A stretch of DNA of 64,000 nucleotides from a virus. Its lineage: Duplodnaviria; Caudoviricetes. The stretch spans positions 2,317 to 66,316 of IMG/VR virus record IMGVR_UViG_2700989045_000001. One strand, given 5' to 3'. Below the pieces are notes generated by a model that was given only the letters and a program-made list of their open reading frames with translations, did not search any database and was not told where the DNA came from. The position numbers and the translations under genes are program-made. Positions 29,175-39,166 of this stretch are shown piece by piece (position 1 is the stretch's first letter; each line of letters opens with the position of its first letter).

Positions 29175-30902
29175 TCAGAATTCATCCTCGTCATCATCAC
29201 CAAACTCTAGGTCTGATTCTGTGACTTCGGACATTCTACCTGTGTCTCTATCATAAAGTAAGAAACCTGCTTCACCAACTTCACCTGTGTATCGGTTCTT
29301 CAGTACACGTAACTTGGTTGTGTTGGCTACAAGAGGGTTTGAGTGCTGTTGGTTACGTTCCAAACCAATAACAATATCAGATAGCTGAGCGATACTTTGA
29401 GAACCCCGAAGGTGACTTAGGGAAATCTGAGCACCATCTTCATGGCCTTTATCGCCACCCACACGTTTCAAGTGGGACACAAGGAACATTCCTGCGCCTG
29501 TCTCTTCTACTAACGTGCGTAGCTTAGTCATAGCGATGTCGATGTTCTTGCGTTCATCCTCACCATCTAATCCTGATACAATGATTGATAAGTGGTCTAA
29601 GATAATCCACTCACACTCTAAACCTTTAATGAGATAACGTACACGGTTTAGGATTTCCTCTACACCACATGAACCAAAGTGGTCAAATGCATAGAATCGT
29701 CCAGTACCTACAGTAGCATCAAAGGCTTCTTTAATCTCATCACGGCTACAGCCTTCAAACACATCATCAAGATGAAGTAGTTTCTTAGCATGCATACCCA
29801 TGATGCCTAGCTTAGTTCTCTCTTGGTCTTCCTCAAGGTACAATACGCCTATATTGTCCTCGGTGGTTTTCAAGAGGTGATAGCTAAGTTCTCTTGTTAT
29901 AGCTGATTTACCCATACCCGAGCCACTACATAAAGTGACGAGTTCTTTCTTACGGAACCCACGGGTTTTCTTATTGAGACCTTCCCAAGGATATGGGTGA
30001 CTCATACGGGCCTTACGGTCAAATAGGGCTTCAAAGTTATCCCCAAGGTTCACAATGCCTGATGGCGTGTAAATCTTAGAGTCCCAGAACATATTGTAAT
30101 AGACTGCACCCATGTTAGCCTTAGAGTACTCACAGGCATCCTTACGGTCTTCAGGGTGGGTAATTACTTGACATGTTCCCGGGGTGAACAGTGGGGCTAC
30201 TGCGTCAGCAGCTTCACGTCCCGGCTTATCTCCATCAAGACTTAGAACTTTACGTTCATAGGTCTCTAGGTAATCTAGGTTAAACTGACAGGCTTTCTTG
30301 GCACCTTTGGAACCTGTAGGGATACTCATATGAGGGAACTTACTTCCCATCATCTGATATCCTGCTAAGGCATCAAATTCACCTTCATGAATAGTTGCAT
30401 ACTTGCCGCCGCCTTTAAACAACTGCTGGCCAAATAGCATCACATCATCACCCACCACTTTACCGACTACACGGAAATCTTTAGCTGGTGTTCTAATCTT
30501 GAAACCGCACAAGTGATTGTCACGGTTATAATATGGGAAATAAACGTTCCCATTCGTATCTGTTTTCACTCCAAACTTCTGGGCTGTTTGGATACTTATG
30601 TTCCTATCGGGAAATCCCTTGAACAAAGCCTTCTCGTACATTCTGAGTTCAATGTCGAAGCTAGAGGCTGAGTTGTTCATGGTGGATTCCCTTGACTGAT
30701 ATTGAGGCATTTCCTTCCCATCCATTAGGTCAAAGTAATTAAACTTTGATGGGTGGGGAAAGAGTTGTGCGCCACAAGAGTAACAGCAAGCAGAACCATC
30801 GGCATATACGGACACAGCATCACTACTGCAACAACTTTCAGGGTTATGTACCCTTGGGTCGTCCCAGTGTGGCTGTTTGCGTAAGATGATGGGTTCGCTC
30901 AT
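29175..30902 (-). CDS. primase-helicase (T7 gp4-like)
   Basis: Zn finger, EGEFDAL TOPRIM, GSGMGKS, ILDHLSI, LRGS.SIAQLSD, LKNRYTG. Confidence 0.97.
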   Translation of the reverse strand: MSEPIILRKQPHWDDPRVHNPESCCSSDAVSVYADGSACCYSCGAQLFPHPSKFNYFDLMDGKEMPQYQSRESTMNNSASSFDIELRMYEKALFKGFPDRNISIQTAQKFGVKTDTNGNVYFPYYNRDNHLCGFKIRTPAKDFRVVGKVVGDDVMLFGQQLFKGGGKYATIHEGEFDALAGYQMMGSKFPHMSIPTGSKGAKKACQFNLDYLETYERKVLSLDGDKPGREAADAVAPLFTPGTCQVITHPEDRKDACEYSKANMGAVYYNMFWDSKIYTPSGIVNLGDNFEALFDRKARMSHPYPWEGLNKKTRGFRKKELVTLCSGSGMGKSAITRELSYHLLKTTEDNIGVLYLEEDQERTKLGIMGMHAKKLLHLDDVFEGCSRDEIKEAFDATVGTGRFYAFDHFGSCGVEEILNRVRYLIKGLECEWIILDHLSIIVSGLDGEDERKNIDIAMTKLRTLVEETGAGMFLVSHLKRVGGDKGHEDGAQISLSHLRGSQSIAQLSDIVIGLERNQQHSNPLVANTTKLRVLKNRYTGEVGEAGFLLYDRDTGRMSEVTESDLEFGDDDEDEF

Positions 30903-30910
30903 TGTAACTC

Positions 30911-31150
30911 CTAATAGAACTTACGAGGTGTCTGGTAGGACACTTCTACGTTCCCAATCAAGGAATCACGGTTCCGCACTACAGTAGAGTTAGTGTGGAC
31001 ATAAACATCTAGACCTGCTTCTAGTAGCTCAGCAACTTTAGAATTAAACTGCTGACTAATGAAACGAACTTCGCTTGCTAGGCGGTTACGCTTCAATTGG
31101 GGAGTCTCTTTAAAATCCTCCCCGTGGACTACGAGGTGTGTACCTGACAT
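30911..31150 (-). CDS. hypothetical protein
   Basis: RBS GGAG, downstream of a phage promoter. Confidence 0.6.
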   Translation of the reverse strand: MSGTHLVVHGEDFKETPQLKRNRLASEVRFISQQFNSKVAELLEAGLDVYVHTNSTVVRNRDSLIGNVEVSYQTPRKFY

Positions 31151-31186
31151 GTTTCGCTCCTAGAATATAGAGAGCATGATTACTCT

Positions 31187-31203
31187 CTATAAGGTGTACC
31201 TTT
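31187..31203 (-). promoter_or_regulatory. phage RNAP promoter
   Basis: AAAGGTACACCTTATAG. Confidence 0.8.
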
Positions 31204-31387
31204 AACAGCTCAGCACTTGTCTTGCTGTCATCACTACTTGAGCTAGTTCCATGTATTGGTCCTCTAGCTCATCTTTTTCTTTCTTCAGGAATTCCACTTG
31301 CTCCTGAAGGATTCTGAGTTGTACTGATTGGTGAATAACTACATCTTCTAGTTGCTCACGGGACATATCTTCTACATTAGCTTTCAT
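31202..31387 (-). CDS. small coiled-coil protein
   Basis: RBS GAGG, heptad pattern. Confidence 0.55.
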   Translation of the reverse strand: MKANVEDMSREQLEDVVIHQSVQLRILQEQVEFLKKEKDELEDQYMELAQVVMTARQVLSC

Positions 31388-31413
31388 CTTAGTTCCTCTT
31401 AGAAAAAATGGAC

Positions 31414-31434
31414 AAATCGGACACTGTCGGATTT
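31414..31434. repeat. 21-bp dispersed palindrome copy 8
   Basis: AAATCGGACACTGTCGGATTT with extended GGAC/GTCC arms. Confidence 0.95.
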
Positions 31435-31445
31435 GTCCTTAAATG

Positions 31446-32594
31446 TTAACTGAAGTAAGCTGTACGCAAACGTTCGGCTGCTTCACGACCTAGCTGTTTC
31501 ATAACTACTTTACGTTCTTTAGTGCTTATATGTGCCCATGCAGCAAAGAAAGCGTTAGGAGCGTCACCATGTGCCTCATCCGTGGCGTCCTCAAGAACCT
31601 TACCGCAAAGCTTCGTGAAATCCTTAGGTTCCCATGTGCCCTCTTTGGACATCACGGCTTCCATACGGGCCACGGTAATCATAGGAAGAATAGTATCAAA
31701 GACAACCTGCTGTTCAGGAGTGAGGATAACCTCAACCTTAGCCTTAGGTTTCTTCTCCCCTTTATTCTCCATGAACTTCACGCCCTTATGTTTGAACACC
31801 ATACGTTTACCGTTAGGTAGGTACACAGGGTTCACTGAGGAAATCACATGGCCTTCCCGGGTGTTATTGTGGATAGGATGTAATGCACAGTAACTCGAAT
31901 CCTCGTTGAGAATAGGGTGGCCATTCTCATTAAGTAGAGGGGTCATGTTAGGTACTGTGGTGATATCTTCCAAGTGCTCCCGGCTGAATTCCAAGCATTC
32001 CTCAAAGGTCCCGAAGGTAAGCACAGGGGCCACTGGGATACCATATGAGCCACACATAGTACCTAAGGTATAGAAGTCTTGAGGTACACCATCTACACAG
32101 ATTTCAAATGCAAAGAATGATTTCTGTTGAGAGTACCAGATTTTACCTTTACCAACCTGACCGTTACCTTCCTTCACCTTAGGAGCATTAGGATACTGAC
32201 CACCTGCCAATTCACCACGAATAGTGATTTCTTGGAAATCCCGAGGGATGTCTGGGCGGTTCGCTTGGTCACCTTTGGCTTCAATGTAGTCACAGGCTTT
32301 GTGCTGTTCCATGATAAGTTCTTTCATGTCTTTGAACATAGCTAGAATCTTAGGTGTTAGGAACTGAGCAACAAATCGGTAGCCATAGAAGTCTGCACCT
32401 TCACCAAGGACTTGATTACGGCTCGCATAGCGTACCGTCTGGCCATCAGTGGCTACTTCAAAGTTAGCACCGTGGATTTTCTCCGTCACTACAAAACGCT
32501 GTCCTTGAGTGAGGTCGATGTACTTCTGAAGTTCATCTTCATGGTTCTCACGGATTAATGTGAGAGAATTGTATTTTTCAAATGGTCTTAGCAT
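31446..32594 (-). CDS. RNA ligase 2 (Rnl2 family)
   Basis: F.KY.SL, EKIHGANF, GELAG, FFAFEI, EG.VI, K.K..KF.E motifs. Confidence 0.92.
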   Translation of the reverse strand: MLRPFEKYNSLTLIRENHEDELQKYIDLTQGQRFVVTEKIHGANFEVATDGQTVRYASRNQVLGEGADFYGYRFVAQFLTPKILAMFKDMKELIMEQHKACDYIEAKGDQANRPDIPRDFQEITIRGELAGGQYPNAPKVKEGNGQVGKGKIWYSQQKSFFAFEICVDGVPQDFYTLGTMCGSYGIPVAPVLTFGTFEECLEFSREHLEDITTVPNMTPLLNENGHPILNEDSSYCALHPIHNNTREGHVISSVNPVYLPNGKRMVFKHKGVKFMENKGEKKPKAKVEVILTPEQQVVFDTILPMITVARMEAVMSKEGTWEPKDFTKLCGKVLEDATDEAHGDAPNAFFAAWAHISTKERKVVMKQLGREAAERLRTAYFS

Positions 32595-32842
32595 TTATTA
32601 GACTCCTTGAGCTTAGCCTTAAGTGCTTTGATTTCCTGAGTGTGCTCAAGATAATCCTGACGTTGCATCCGCATAAGATGCTTAATTAACCAAGGGGTTT
32701 CTGGTTGATATATGTTTCGATAACAGATTTCCTTGGCCTCGCTCCGGGAAACCCCAATGGCCTCAGCGAATTCACTATGGGCATCACGGTCACTATGAGG
32801 GGCTAAATAAATGCGTAACCATTGAAATTGATGTTGTAACAT
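32588..32842 (-). CDS. hypothetical protein
   Basis: Packed ORF; D.H...A..IGVSR..AK pattern. Confidence 0.55.
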   Translation of the reverse strand: MLQHQFQWLRIYLAPHSDRDAHSEFAEAIGVSRSEAKEICYRNIYQPETPWLIKHLMRMQRQDYLEHTQEIKALKAKLKESNKC

Positions 32843-33133
32843 TTAGATTACCTCAGGTTTGCCTAGGTTCTCAATGACTTCTTCAACAGTTTTACCTGCG
32901 TACTTATGGTTACTATCGAGTTTGAAGGGGGTACCACCAAGCTGACCTATGATTAAATTAGGGGCTTCACCACTAAGATAGTCAGCAATAGCAGTCTCTA
33001 CAGTGGTTTTATACCACGCATCACCTGCCATACTACGACCCATAGCAACTAAATTGCGGCTAACAGGAAAAGCATAGCCTTCATCATTAATTGCGATAGT
33101 TTCATTGTTCTCTGTATCTTGATATAGTTTCAT
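32843..33133 (-). CDS. hypothetical protein
   Basis: RBS AGGA, packed ORF. Confidence 0.55.
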   Translation of the reverse strand: MKLYQDTENNETIAINDEGYAFPVSRNLVAMGRSMAGDAWYKTTVETAIADYLSGEAPNLIIGQLGGTPFKLDSNHKYAGKTVEEVIENLGKPEVI

Positions 33134-33144
33134 TACTATGTTCC

Positions 33145-33378
33145 TTAGTCAGGGTCAAAGCCTGACATTGTTGATGCTTTTGCTTGTTGGATATATGGAC
33201 TACATTCAATAGATTGTTGGTTGGATGAACGTAGGACTTCTTCTGAACTGAAGTACTCAATGGATTCCCCATCGGTAAAACAGTCATCATCTGGGCCACC
33301 TATGAATTCCACTCGGGTCCCTATAGGAAACCCATCGGAACTCTTGGTGACGTAAATTGTACCGAGATTTAACGACAT
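33145..33378 (-). CDS. hypothetical SH3-like small protein
   Basis: GFPIGTRV..F.DG pattern. Confidence 0.5.
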   Translation of the reverse strand: MSLNLGTIYVTKSSDGFPIGTRVEFIGGPDDDCFTDGESIEYFSSEEVLRSSNQQSIECSPYIQQAKASTMSGFDPD

Positions 33379-33620
33379 CGTCTGACATCCCCTGTGGCAA
33401 GCACTTGGTCCACACCATTTGAATCAATGAATAGACCTGTTAATGTAGGATGAGTGAAGTCTCTACAGCCTAATACTGTACGTCCTTCGTGAGCCGGGGT
33501 GACATCTACACACTTCACTATGGTTCCCGTGGGATACCAATGGTCAAAGTGGGCGGTGTCTAAACGATGAGTAATAACCTGATAGAATGCCCCGGGTACA
33601 AGGAAGCGATAGCCTAACAT
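33369..33620 (-). CDS. hypothetical SH3-like small protein
   Basis: HWYPTGTIV...F.D.NG..Q pattern. Confidence 0.5.
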   Translation of the reverse strand: MLGYRFLVPGAFYQVITHRLDTAHFDHWYPTGTIVKCVDVTPAHEGRTVLGCRDFTHPTLTGLFIDSNGVDQVLATGDVRRCR

Positions 33621-33850
33621 GTAGTCTCCTTAGGGACCTCTGAGGTATCCAATGGTGTCACTGTGATTTTATAAGAGCAACCTTGAGGCCCTGTTACATA
33701 CTCTACAGGCTCATCAGCGCGGAGAGCTTGCACAGCCATATCGTTTAAGATAAGACCTTTATTAAGGAAGCCAAGATAGCTACCATGCTTTCTCATATCG
33801 GCCTTAATACGTTCTATACGGTCTTTTGATGGTCTCTGAAACTGTAGCAT
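33614..33850 (-). CDS. hypothetical protein
   Basis: RBS GGAGG. Confidence 0.55.
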   Translation of the reverse strand: MLQFQRPSKDRIERIKADMRKHGSYLGFLNKGLILNDMAVQALRADEPVEYVTGPQGCSYKITVTPLDTSEVPKETTC

Positions 33851-34044
33851 TATAAATCCTCCACCTCTTCAATCATTAGAATAGAAGTATGACCTGTTGT
33901 GACGGAGCGGCATAAAGCTACATATGATAAATCATGCTCGGGTCGTGCTTGAATGACTTTGACCAATTCATCTGGTTCAAAGCCGTGAATCTCTTTGGAA
34001 CCCCCACAGACTCGCATGGTGTCCCCTTGACGGAAGTATTGCAT
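33850..34044 (-). CDS. hypothetical SH3-like small protein
   Basis: F..GD..RV.....HGF....VKV pattern. Confidence 0.55.
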   Translation of the reverse strand: MQYFRQGDTMRVCGGSKEIHGFEPDELVKVIQARPEHDLSYVALCRSVTTGHTSILMIEEVEDL

Positions 34045-34060
34045 ATTAAAATTTCCTTAC

Positions 34061-34081
34061 AAATCCGACAGTGTCTGATTT
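34061..34081. repeat. 21-bp dispersed palindrome copy 9
   Basis: AAATCCGACAGTGTCTGATTT. Confidence 0.95.
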
Positions 34082-34277
34082 GAATTAATGAACTCATTAA
34101 AGGGCACCCGAGGATACCCTTTGTTAGTTCACTACTTTATATTCTCTTTTCTAGGAATATACTTATTGACTACTCTAGCTATTTGTTCCCGTAGCTGTTG
34201 TTTATCGTGGCTTATTCTAGCCACCATAGTTAATTCATTGATTAACTCACGTCTTTCATGGTCTTTCATTGTAACCT

Positions 34278-34469
34278 CTACTTGAGCGGTAGAATGCACA
34301 CTTGGTCACTACCTCTCCACAAGCCGCTCTCAGCGCCTTTACGTGAGGATACATTGCAACCTTTAGGTGTTAGCTTAACCACATAACCGATACGCATAGA
34401 GCTGTAGTGTGTGGTGATATATGCAATTCGGTCACCTACCTTGAGCTCTCTGTTATCTATATCAGTCAT
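34278..34469 (-). CDS. hypothetical protein
   Basis: D...RELKVGD.IAY pattern. Confidence 0.55.
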   Translation of the reverse strand: MTDIDNRELKVGDRIAYITTHYSSMRIGYVVKLTPKGCNVSSRKGAESGLWRGSDQVCILPLK

Positions 34470-34725
34470 TATAGGACCTCAGCTTAGCCAGTAGCTCACC
34501 CCATAATACAAAGATTGCCTTGTGGGCTGCGCCATAGGCCATCATAGGGTATACAAGGGTACAGTAAATAACCCAAGTGATTAAAGGGCCACCGAAGAAC
34601 AGAAAGCATAGAGTATGGATAACTGCCAAGCCTCCCCAGATAGCCAGAGGGCTCTCCATGAACTTATCAAGTCGTGACATGTTATTTACCCCTATGCTGG
34701 TTGTACTTACGGATAGCCACTGCAA
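34462..34725 (-). CDS. small membrane protein
   Basis: Hydrophobic; start likely MSRLD. Confidence 0.5.
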   Translation of the reverse strand: MQWLSVSTTSIGVNNMSRLDKFMESPLAIWGGLAVIHTLCFLFFGGPLITWVIYCTLVYPMMAYGAAHKAIFVLWGELLAKLRSYND

Positions 34726-35020
34726 TACCTAATACAGTGACCGCGCCTACTACCCAGTAACCTAGGAATGCCAAGGCCATTAGGAGTACGAAGCCTAATC
34801 CTAAATCCAACATCCACAGTTCGAAGTCGGTCCAATTGTCTTCATCACCGGATAGCTCTAGGGCCCATAGGTACTTAGCGGCTTGATATTTGGAAGCCCA
34901 GAAGGTTTCATCGTAACCAAGGGGCTGGTTCATTGCTAAACGGTATAGACCTTCACCTATAACAAGTAAAGGGAATACTACCATGTTCAATAGTAGCGCT
35001 ATTGCTAAAATCTTAATCAT
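34682..35020 (-). CDS. membrane protein
   Basis: Three hydrophobic segments. Confidence 0.6.
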   Translation of the reverse strand: MIKILAIALLLNMVVFPLLVIGEGLYRLAMNQPLGYDETFWASKYQAAKYLWALELSGDEDNWTDFELWMLDLGLGFVLLMALAFLGYWVVGAVTVLGIAVAIRKYNQHRGK

Positions 35021-35021
35021 C

Positions 35022-35393
35022 TTAGTTCTCCAAGATTTCCTGAATACCCTTCACGGTATCCTGAGTTAATTCACGTGTAGCTTTACATTCCTGAGCGGAC
35101 TGCTTAACGGCCTTTACTTCTTCCTGTGAGGAAGCCAAGGCTGCCTCTAGGGTACGTGCTTTTACCACTAGTTTATCAACTTGCCCACTTAGATTGGTGA
35201 CTTGCTGCTTATAGATAGCTACCTGTTCGGCGGTTTTCTGGGCATCCTGAAGTCTCTCTTGGAGCCCTGTAGTTCCCATGAAGATACCCCATGCAATAAC
35301 TAGGAGTATAATACCACCTAAAGGTTCTTCGAAGAGACTTATAAAACCTAGGACTACAAATACAGTACATACTAAAAATAAGAATCCAATCAT
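35022..35393 (-). CDS. two-TM coiled-coil membrane protein
   Basis: TM hairpin plus coiled coil; same architecture as the neighbour. Confidence 0.6.
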   Translation of the reverse strand: MIGFLFLVCTVFVVLGFISLFEEPLGGIILLVIAWGIFMGTTGLQERLQDAQKTAEQVAIYKQQVTNLSGQVDKLVVKARTLEAALASSQEEVKAVKQSAQECKATRELTQDTVKGIQEILEN

Positions 35394-35394
35394 C

Positions 35395-35805
35395 TTATTT
35401 CTCCTTATTCACTAACACTTTAATCTTAGCCAGCTTAGCCTGAGCTTCCTCTAGGGCTACCCTATCGGTCCTTGATTGATTCTCTAGGGTAGCATAGTTG
35501 TGGCGGAGACGAGTTAAGTTATCAGTGAGTACTGAGGTCTCTACCTGCATCTTACTATTATCCAGAATCAAATCATAAACACGCTTATTGCTACTTTCAA
35601 TTTTAACTAGAGCTGCCTGATAATCAGTAGATAGCTCCTCATTCTGAGCCTCTACATCGTATGTTAGACTGATGTTAATGCCCAACACTAAAGCTATTAA
35701 GAGGCATAAGCCTCCCTCTTTAAAATCCTCGGATATCATCATAATACACCCTACGATACCTAGGATGACGGCTATTACCCCGAACGCACATATCATAAAT
35801 CCCAT
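35395..35805 (-). CDS. two-TM coiled-coil membrane protein
   Basis: TM hairpin plus coiled coil. Confidence 0.6.
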   Translation of the reverse strand: MGFMICAFGVIAVILGIVGCIMMISEDFKEGGLCLLIALVLGINISLTYDVEAQNEELSTDYQAALVKIESSNKRVYDLILDNSKMQVETSVLTDNLTRLRHNYATLENQSRTDRVALEEAQAKLAKIKVLVNKEK

Positions 35806-35870
35806 CTTGGAATCCTCTTGGTTTCTCTATGAAAAAATGGGTATCCCTTGGGACACCCGTTCGTTGTAAC

Positions 35871-36371
35871 TTATTCTGCTTGGTCTTCCAACACAGAGAA
35901 GTCTTGACCTAGGAGTTCTAGGAGTTCTTCGAAGTCTTCAGGGGCAAAGCGCAATACGCACATACCAGCACCTTCTAGGTCTTCTGTTGATAGTGTTGTG
36001 TTAGATGAATCAGCATCATTGTAAGCTACTACCATGTTACCATCTTCATCTTCACCTACCCATAGATGAAATTCAGTTTCTGCACCTGCTAAATCTTCAG
36101 CCGCTGCTGTAGTGCCTAGTTTATACACACGGAAGGTAACATCGTATGTAGAGATTACACCTAACATCATAGCCATAGGATTAGGGCGACCGTCTGTAGC
36201 TGAAAGCTCAATACCTTGAGCCATAGGGTCCTTAGCTACCACTTCTTTCCACTTGGCTGCCATTAGGTTCGCAATAGTTGCTGGAAAACCTAATGCAGCT
36301 TCTTTCTCAACTGATACAGAAGAAGAAATTGCAATACCTTGACGGCATACTTCTAATACATTTAAAGACAT
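35871..36371 (-). CDS. acidic protein, paralogue family A
   Basis: LGFP...G.PNPMAMMLG...VYKLG shared with 38196..38645 and 38658..39110. Confidence 0.65.
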   Translation of the reverse strand: MSLNVLEVCRQGIAISSSVSVEKEAALGFPATIANLMAAKWKEVVAKDPMAQGIELSATDGRPNPMAMMLGVISTYDVTFRVYKLGTTAAAEDLAGAETEFHLWVGEDEDGNMVVAYNDADSSNTTLSTEDLEGAGMCVLRFAPEDFEELLELLGQDFSVLEDQAE

Positions 36372-36453
36372 AATTTGTTGCTCCGATTGTTTGCTATTAA
36401 GAAAAATTCATAAAGTGCCCTTGGAAATCCTAAAGGCACTTGAGTATTTATCT

Positions 36454-36470
36454 CTATAAGGTGGTGGTTA
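36454..36470 (-). promoter_or_regulatory. phage RNAP promoter (variant)
   Basis: TAACCACCACCTTATAG. Confidence 0.5.
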
Positions 36471-37736
36471 CTTCTTATTAACCATGTCATTCATCGCTTT
36501 CAACGATAGGGTTTGCATGGCTTGTTGGGAAGCATCGAGTGATGAACCAGCTTGGTTAGAGTCACCAATGTTGTAAGTAGGTACAGCTTTCTTAGAGTAA
36601 GCTTCGGCCCACTTAGAATTGATTTCAATCTGGGTCTTTTGAGCTGCTGATAGTTGGCCACCTGATTTAATCAAGCGGTCGTTAGCTTCTGCATTAGCTT
36701 TAGATAGAGCTTCAATTGTCTTAGCTTCTTTTAAAGCTGCTTGATACTCTTCTTCACGCTGAGCCTTCATTTCTTTAGCTGTAGCTACACCTTGTTGAGC
36801 ACGAATAACCGCAAGTTCTTTGGTTTTATTAGCCGCAATAACTGCTCTTTCTTTCTCAACGTTAGCGATACCCGCAGCTACCGATTTGTTCTTATCAGCA
36901 ATCGCAATGGCTTCAAGTTTCTCTTGCTCTGCACGAGCTGTACGAGCTTTGGAAGTAATAACTTCATTCTCTGCGTCACGTTTAAGAGCAATCTGAGCTT
37001 TTGTCTTACCTTCAAAGTCCCAGTCTTGGATGTTAAACTGAGTCAAACGGATGTCATAGGTATCGATAGGTGATACATCAGCACGAATATACTGACCTTT
37101 ATCATCTGTCATAACTTTAGGAAGCATTTCAGTTGAGATTTCACCATCAGCACCTGTTTTAGATACCGCGATTAGCTTAGTAGCATACAAGCCGTTATCA
37201 ATCTGGTCCTTAGCATAAGTACGGAATTGAGTACGGTGAGTCATGTAGGCTTCTTGGGAACTCATAAGACCCGCAGTGAACTGTAAGGCTTCTTCGGTGG
37301 TACGCAACATAAGCGTAGTTTGAAGATTAGATGCTGTTTTGTACTTCTTGTGAAGTGATAGCATCATATCGGCATCCCCCGGTAGAGCGAACTGTACGTT
37401 ACCTTTAACCCAACCGATACCGCCTTCGTTGTATTTAACAGCAGGTGCATAGGTGTAATCCACAACATCGCTATCTTCAGCTAACTGAGCTGCTTTAACG
37501 CCATCATGTTCCGGCATTGCTGTGAAGTCTAAACCCATGTAATCCGGGTAGACCTCAACGTCCCCTAGGAAGTTATAGAAAGGTCCCGGGGTGAAGATAA
37601 CACGAGTGTTACCAAAGAAATCCCGGGCTACCGCACGTTCACCGTTGTCTAGTGAGTGGAAGCCTAGTAGACCTGCACCAATGCCGATAGTTGCAGCGAC
37701 GATAGTTAATAATGTAAGACCTTTTGCCATACTCAT
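36468..37736 (-). CDS. SPFH / band 7 family membrane protein
   Basis: N-terminal TM, GERAV...FG.......PGP motif, long Ala/Glu coiled coil. Confidence 0.8.
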   Translation of the reverse strand: MSMAKGLTLLTIVAATIGIGAGLLGFHSLDNGERAVARDFFGNTRVIFTPGPFYNFLGDVEVYPDYMGLDFTAMPEHDGVKAAQLAEDSDVVDYTYAPAVKYNEGGIGWVKGNVQFALPGDADMMLSLHKKYKTASNLQTTLMLRTTEEALQFTAGLMSSQEAYMTHRTQFRTYAKDQIDNGLYATKLIAVSKTGADGEISTEMLPKVMTDDKGQYIRADVSPIDTYDIRLTQFNIQDWDFEGKTKAQIALKRDAENEVITSKARTARAEQEKLEAIAIADKNKSVAAGIANVEKERAVIAANKTKELAVIRAQQGVATAKEMKAQREEEYQAALKEAKTIEALSKANAEANDRLIKSGGQLSAAQKTQIEINSKWAEAYSKKAVPTYNIGDSNQAGSSLDASQQAMQTLSLKAMNDMVNKK

Positions 37737-37795
37737 GGAAGGTTTCCTTCTGGTTTCTTAAATGGTTTCAAGAGGAGCCCTTAGGCCCCAATAAA

Positions 37796-38140
37796 TTAGT
37801 TGATTAGCTCGATTTCGGTATTGTCTGCGGTGGTCACCACGTAACCTTTAGGGGCCGCTGCAATAATCTCAGCCATGCGGTCATAGAAAGAACCTGAATC
37901 ATCATCAAATAACCATACAGCAGTATCAATTTCTTTTGCTGTTAGGGTTTCTGTTGGAATCGCTAGGGCGTACAGGGCTTTTACACCGCTTAATCGTGCC
38001 ATCGCACCAATTTCTTCACGTTCTTCTGCTAGGACAAAACCTTCAGTACCTACTGTACCAAAAACACCACGTGAGCCTGCTGAGATAGGTTTAATAATAC
38101 GTGCTTTTTGCATGATAAATCTCTTTATGTTTGGTTTCAA
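37796..38140 (-). CDS. hypothetical protein
   Basis: ORF; start likely MQKAR. Confidence 0.55.
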   Translation of the reverse strand: MKPNIKRFIMQKARIIKPISAGSRGVFGTVGTEGFVLAEEREEIGAMARLSGVKALYALAIPTETLTAKEIDTAVWLFDDDSGSFYDRMAEIIAAAPKGYVVTTADNTEIELIN

Positions 38141-38172
38141 GAGAGCTCATTTCATCTGAGCTCCCTTAGGAC

Positions 38173-38193
38173 AAATCAGACACTGTCGGATTT
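38173..38193. repeat. 21-bp dispersed palindrome copy 10
   Basis: AAATCAGACACTGTCGGATTT. Confidence 0.95.
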
Positions 38194-38195
38194 GG

Positions 38196-38645
38196 TTAGT
38201 AAATCTCTGCCCAATCAGCAAAGAACTGGCCAAGTTGACCATTAGGAATCATGGTAACGTCAGTGAAACCTGTGTCAGGGTCGTAAGATTTAAGGAAATC
38301 TTCACCTACGAAGCTAACGCCTGTGTTGTCACCCATATCTGATAGGACGAGGAATAAATCATCTTCATCAGGGTAACCTTCAGGTTTACCTAAACGATAC
38401 ACTTTGGCTGTGCAAGGAATAGTCTGGATGTTACCAAACATCATTTCAAACATATCACACTGACCGATGTGGACTTCATAGCCTTCCAAAGTGAACTCTG
38501 GGGAGTCTAGGTCGATTTCATCGAAGTGTGCGCCCATGTGCTCTACGAGACCTTTAGGGTAGCCAAGACCTGCTTCAAGTTTAGGACTTGAGTAGACTAC
38601 CATACCTTCGCTGTCGATATCGCTAAATTTATATGCTTTGTTCAT
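38196..38645 (-). CDS. acidic protein, paralogue family A
   Basis: LGYP...GQCDMFEMMFG...VYRLG. Confidence 0.65.
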   Translation of the reverse strand: MNKAYKFSDIDSEGMVVYSSPKLEAGLGYPKGLVEHMGAHFDEIDLDSPEFTLEGYEVHIGQCDMFEMMFGNIQTIPCTAKVYRLGKPEGYPDEDDLFLVLSDMGDNTGVSFVGEDFLKSYDPDTGFTDVTMIPNGQLGQFFADWAEIY

Positions 38646-38657
38646 TTTGTTGCTCGC

Positions 38658-39110
38658 TTATTTCAAAGAAGCCATAGCACTTTTAAGTGCGGCGAATAGT
38701 TCAGATACTTCATCAGTGTCGATTTGCATCACACCGATGTTGCTGCGGTCGTCAAACTCAGCCGCACATTCACGTTCCCAACCCGCTAGAGGGGCATGAC
38801 CTAGGTACACTGTATCGCCATCAAGGGCTACGATGTGTACAAATGGGGCACCGTCAATAGTGCCTTTGGTTTTATAACCTGTGAACACTAGTTTACCTTC
38901 GGGTTTTACCATGCCTAACATTAGTTGTAGAGGATGAGGTTTACCCACCATGTATTCAAGTTCTACTTCACCTACCACTGGGCACTCTAGGATTTCTTCT
39001 AGGGAATCTGGTAGTAACTGAGTAATGATACGTTCCGCGATAGGATATGTTGCTTCGCCAATTTTAAGGAATACGCCTTCTTCTTGTACTTTGCTTAATT
39101 CGATTTTCAT
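38658..39110 (-). CDS. acidic protein, paralogue family A
   Basis: GKPHPLQLMLG...GYK; same 5' leader (GAGCAACAAAATG) as the neighbour. Confidence 0.65.
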   Translation of the reverse strand: MKIELSKVQEEGVFLKIGEATYPIAERIITQLLPDSLEEILECPVVGEVELEYMVGKPHPLQLMLGMVKPEGKLVFTGYKTKGTIDGAPFVHIVALDGDTVYLGHAPLAGWERECAAEFDDRSNIGVMQIDTDEVSELFAALKSAMASLK

Positions 39111-39150
39111 TTTGTTGCTCTCTTTATGTTGTTTAATAACAGTTTATACT

Positions 39151-39166
39151 CTATAAGGTGTACCTT
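39151..39166 (-). promoter_or_regulatory. phage RNAP promoter
   Basis: AAGGTACACCTTATAG. Confidence 0.8.
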
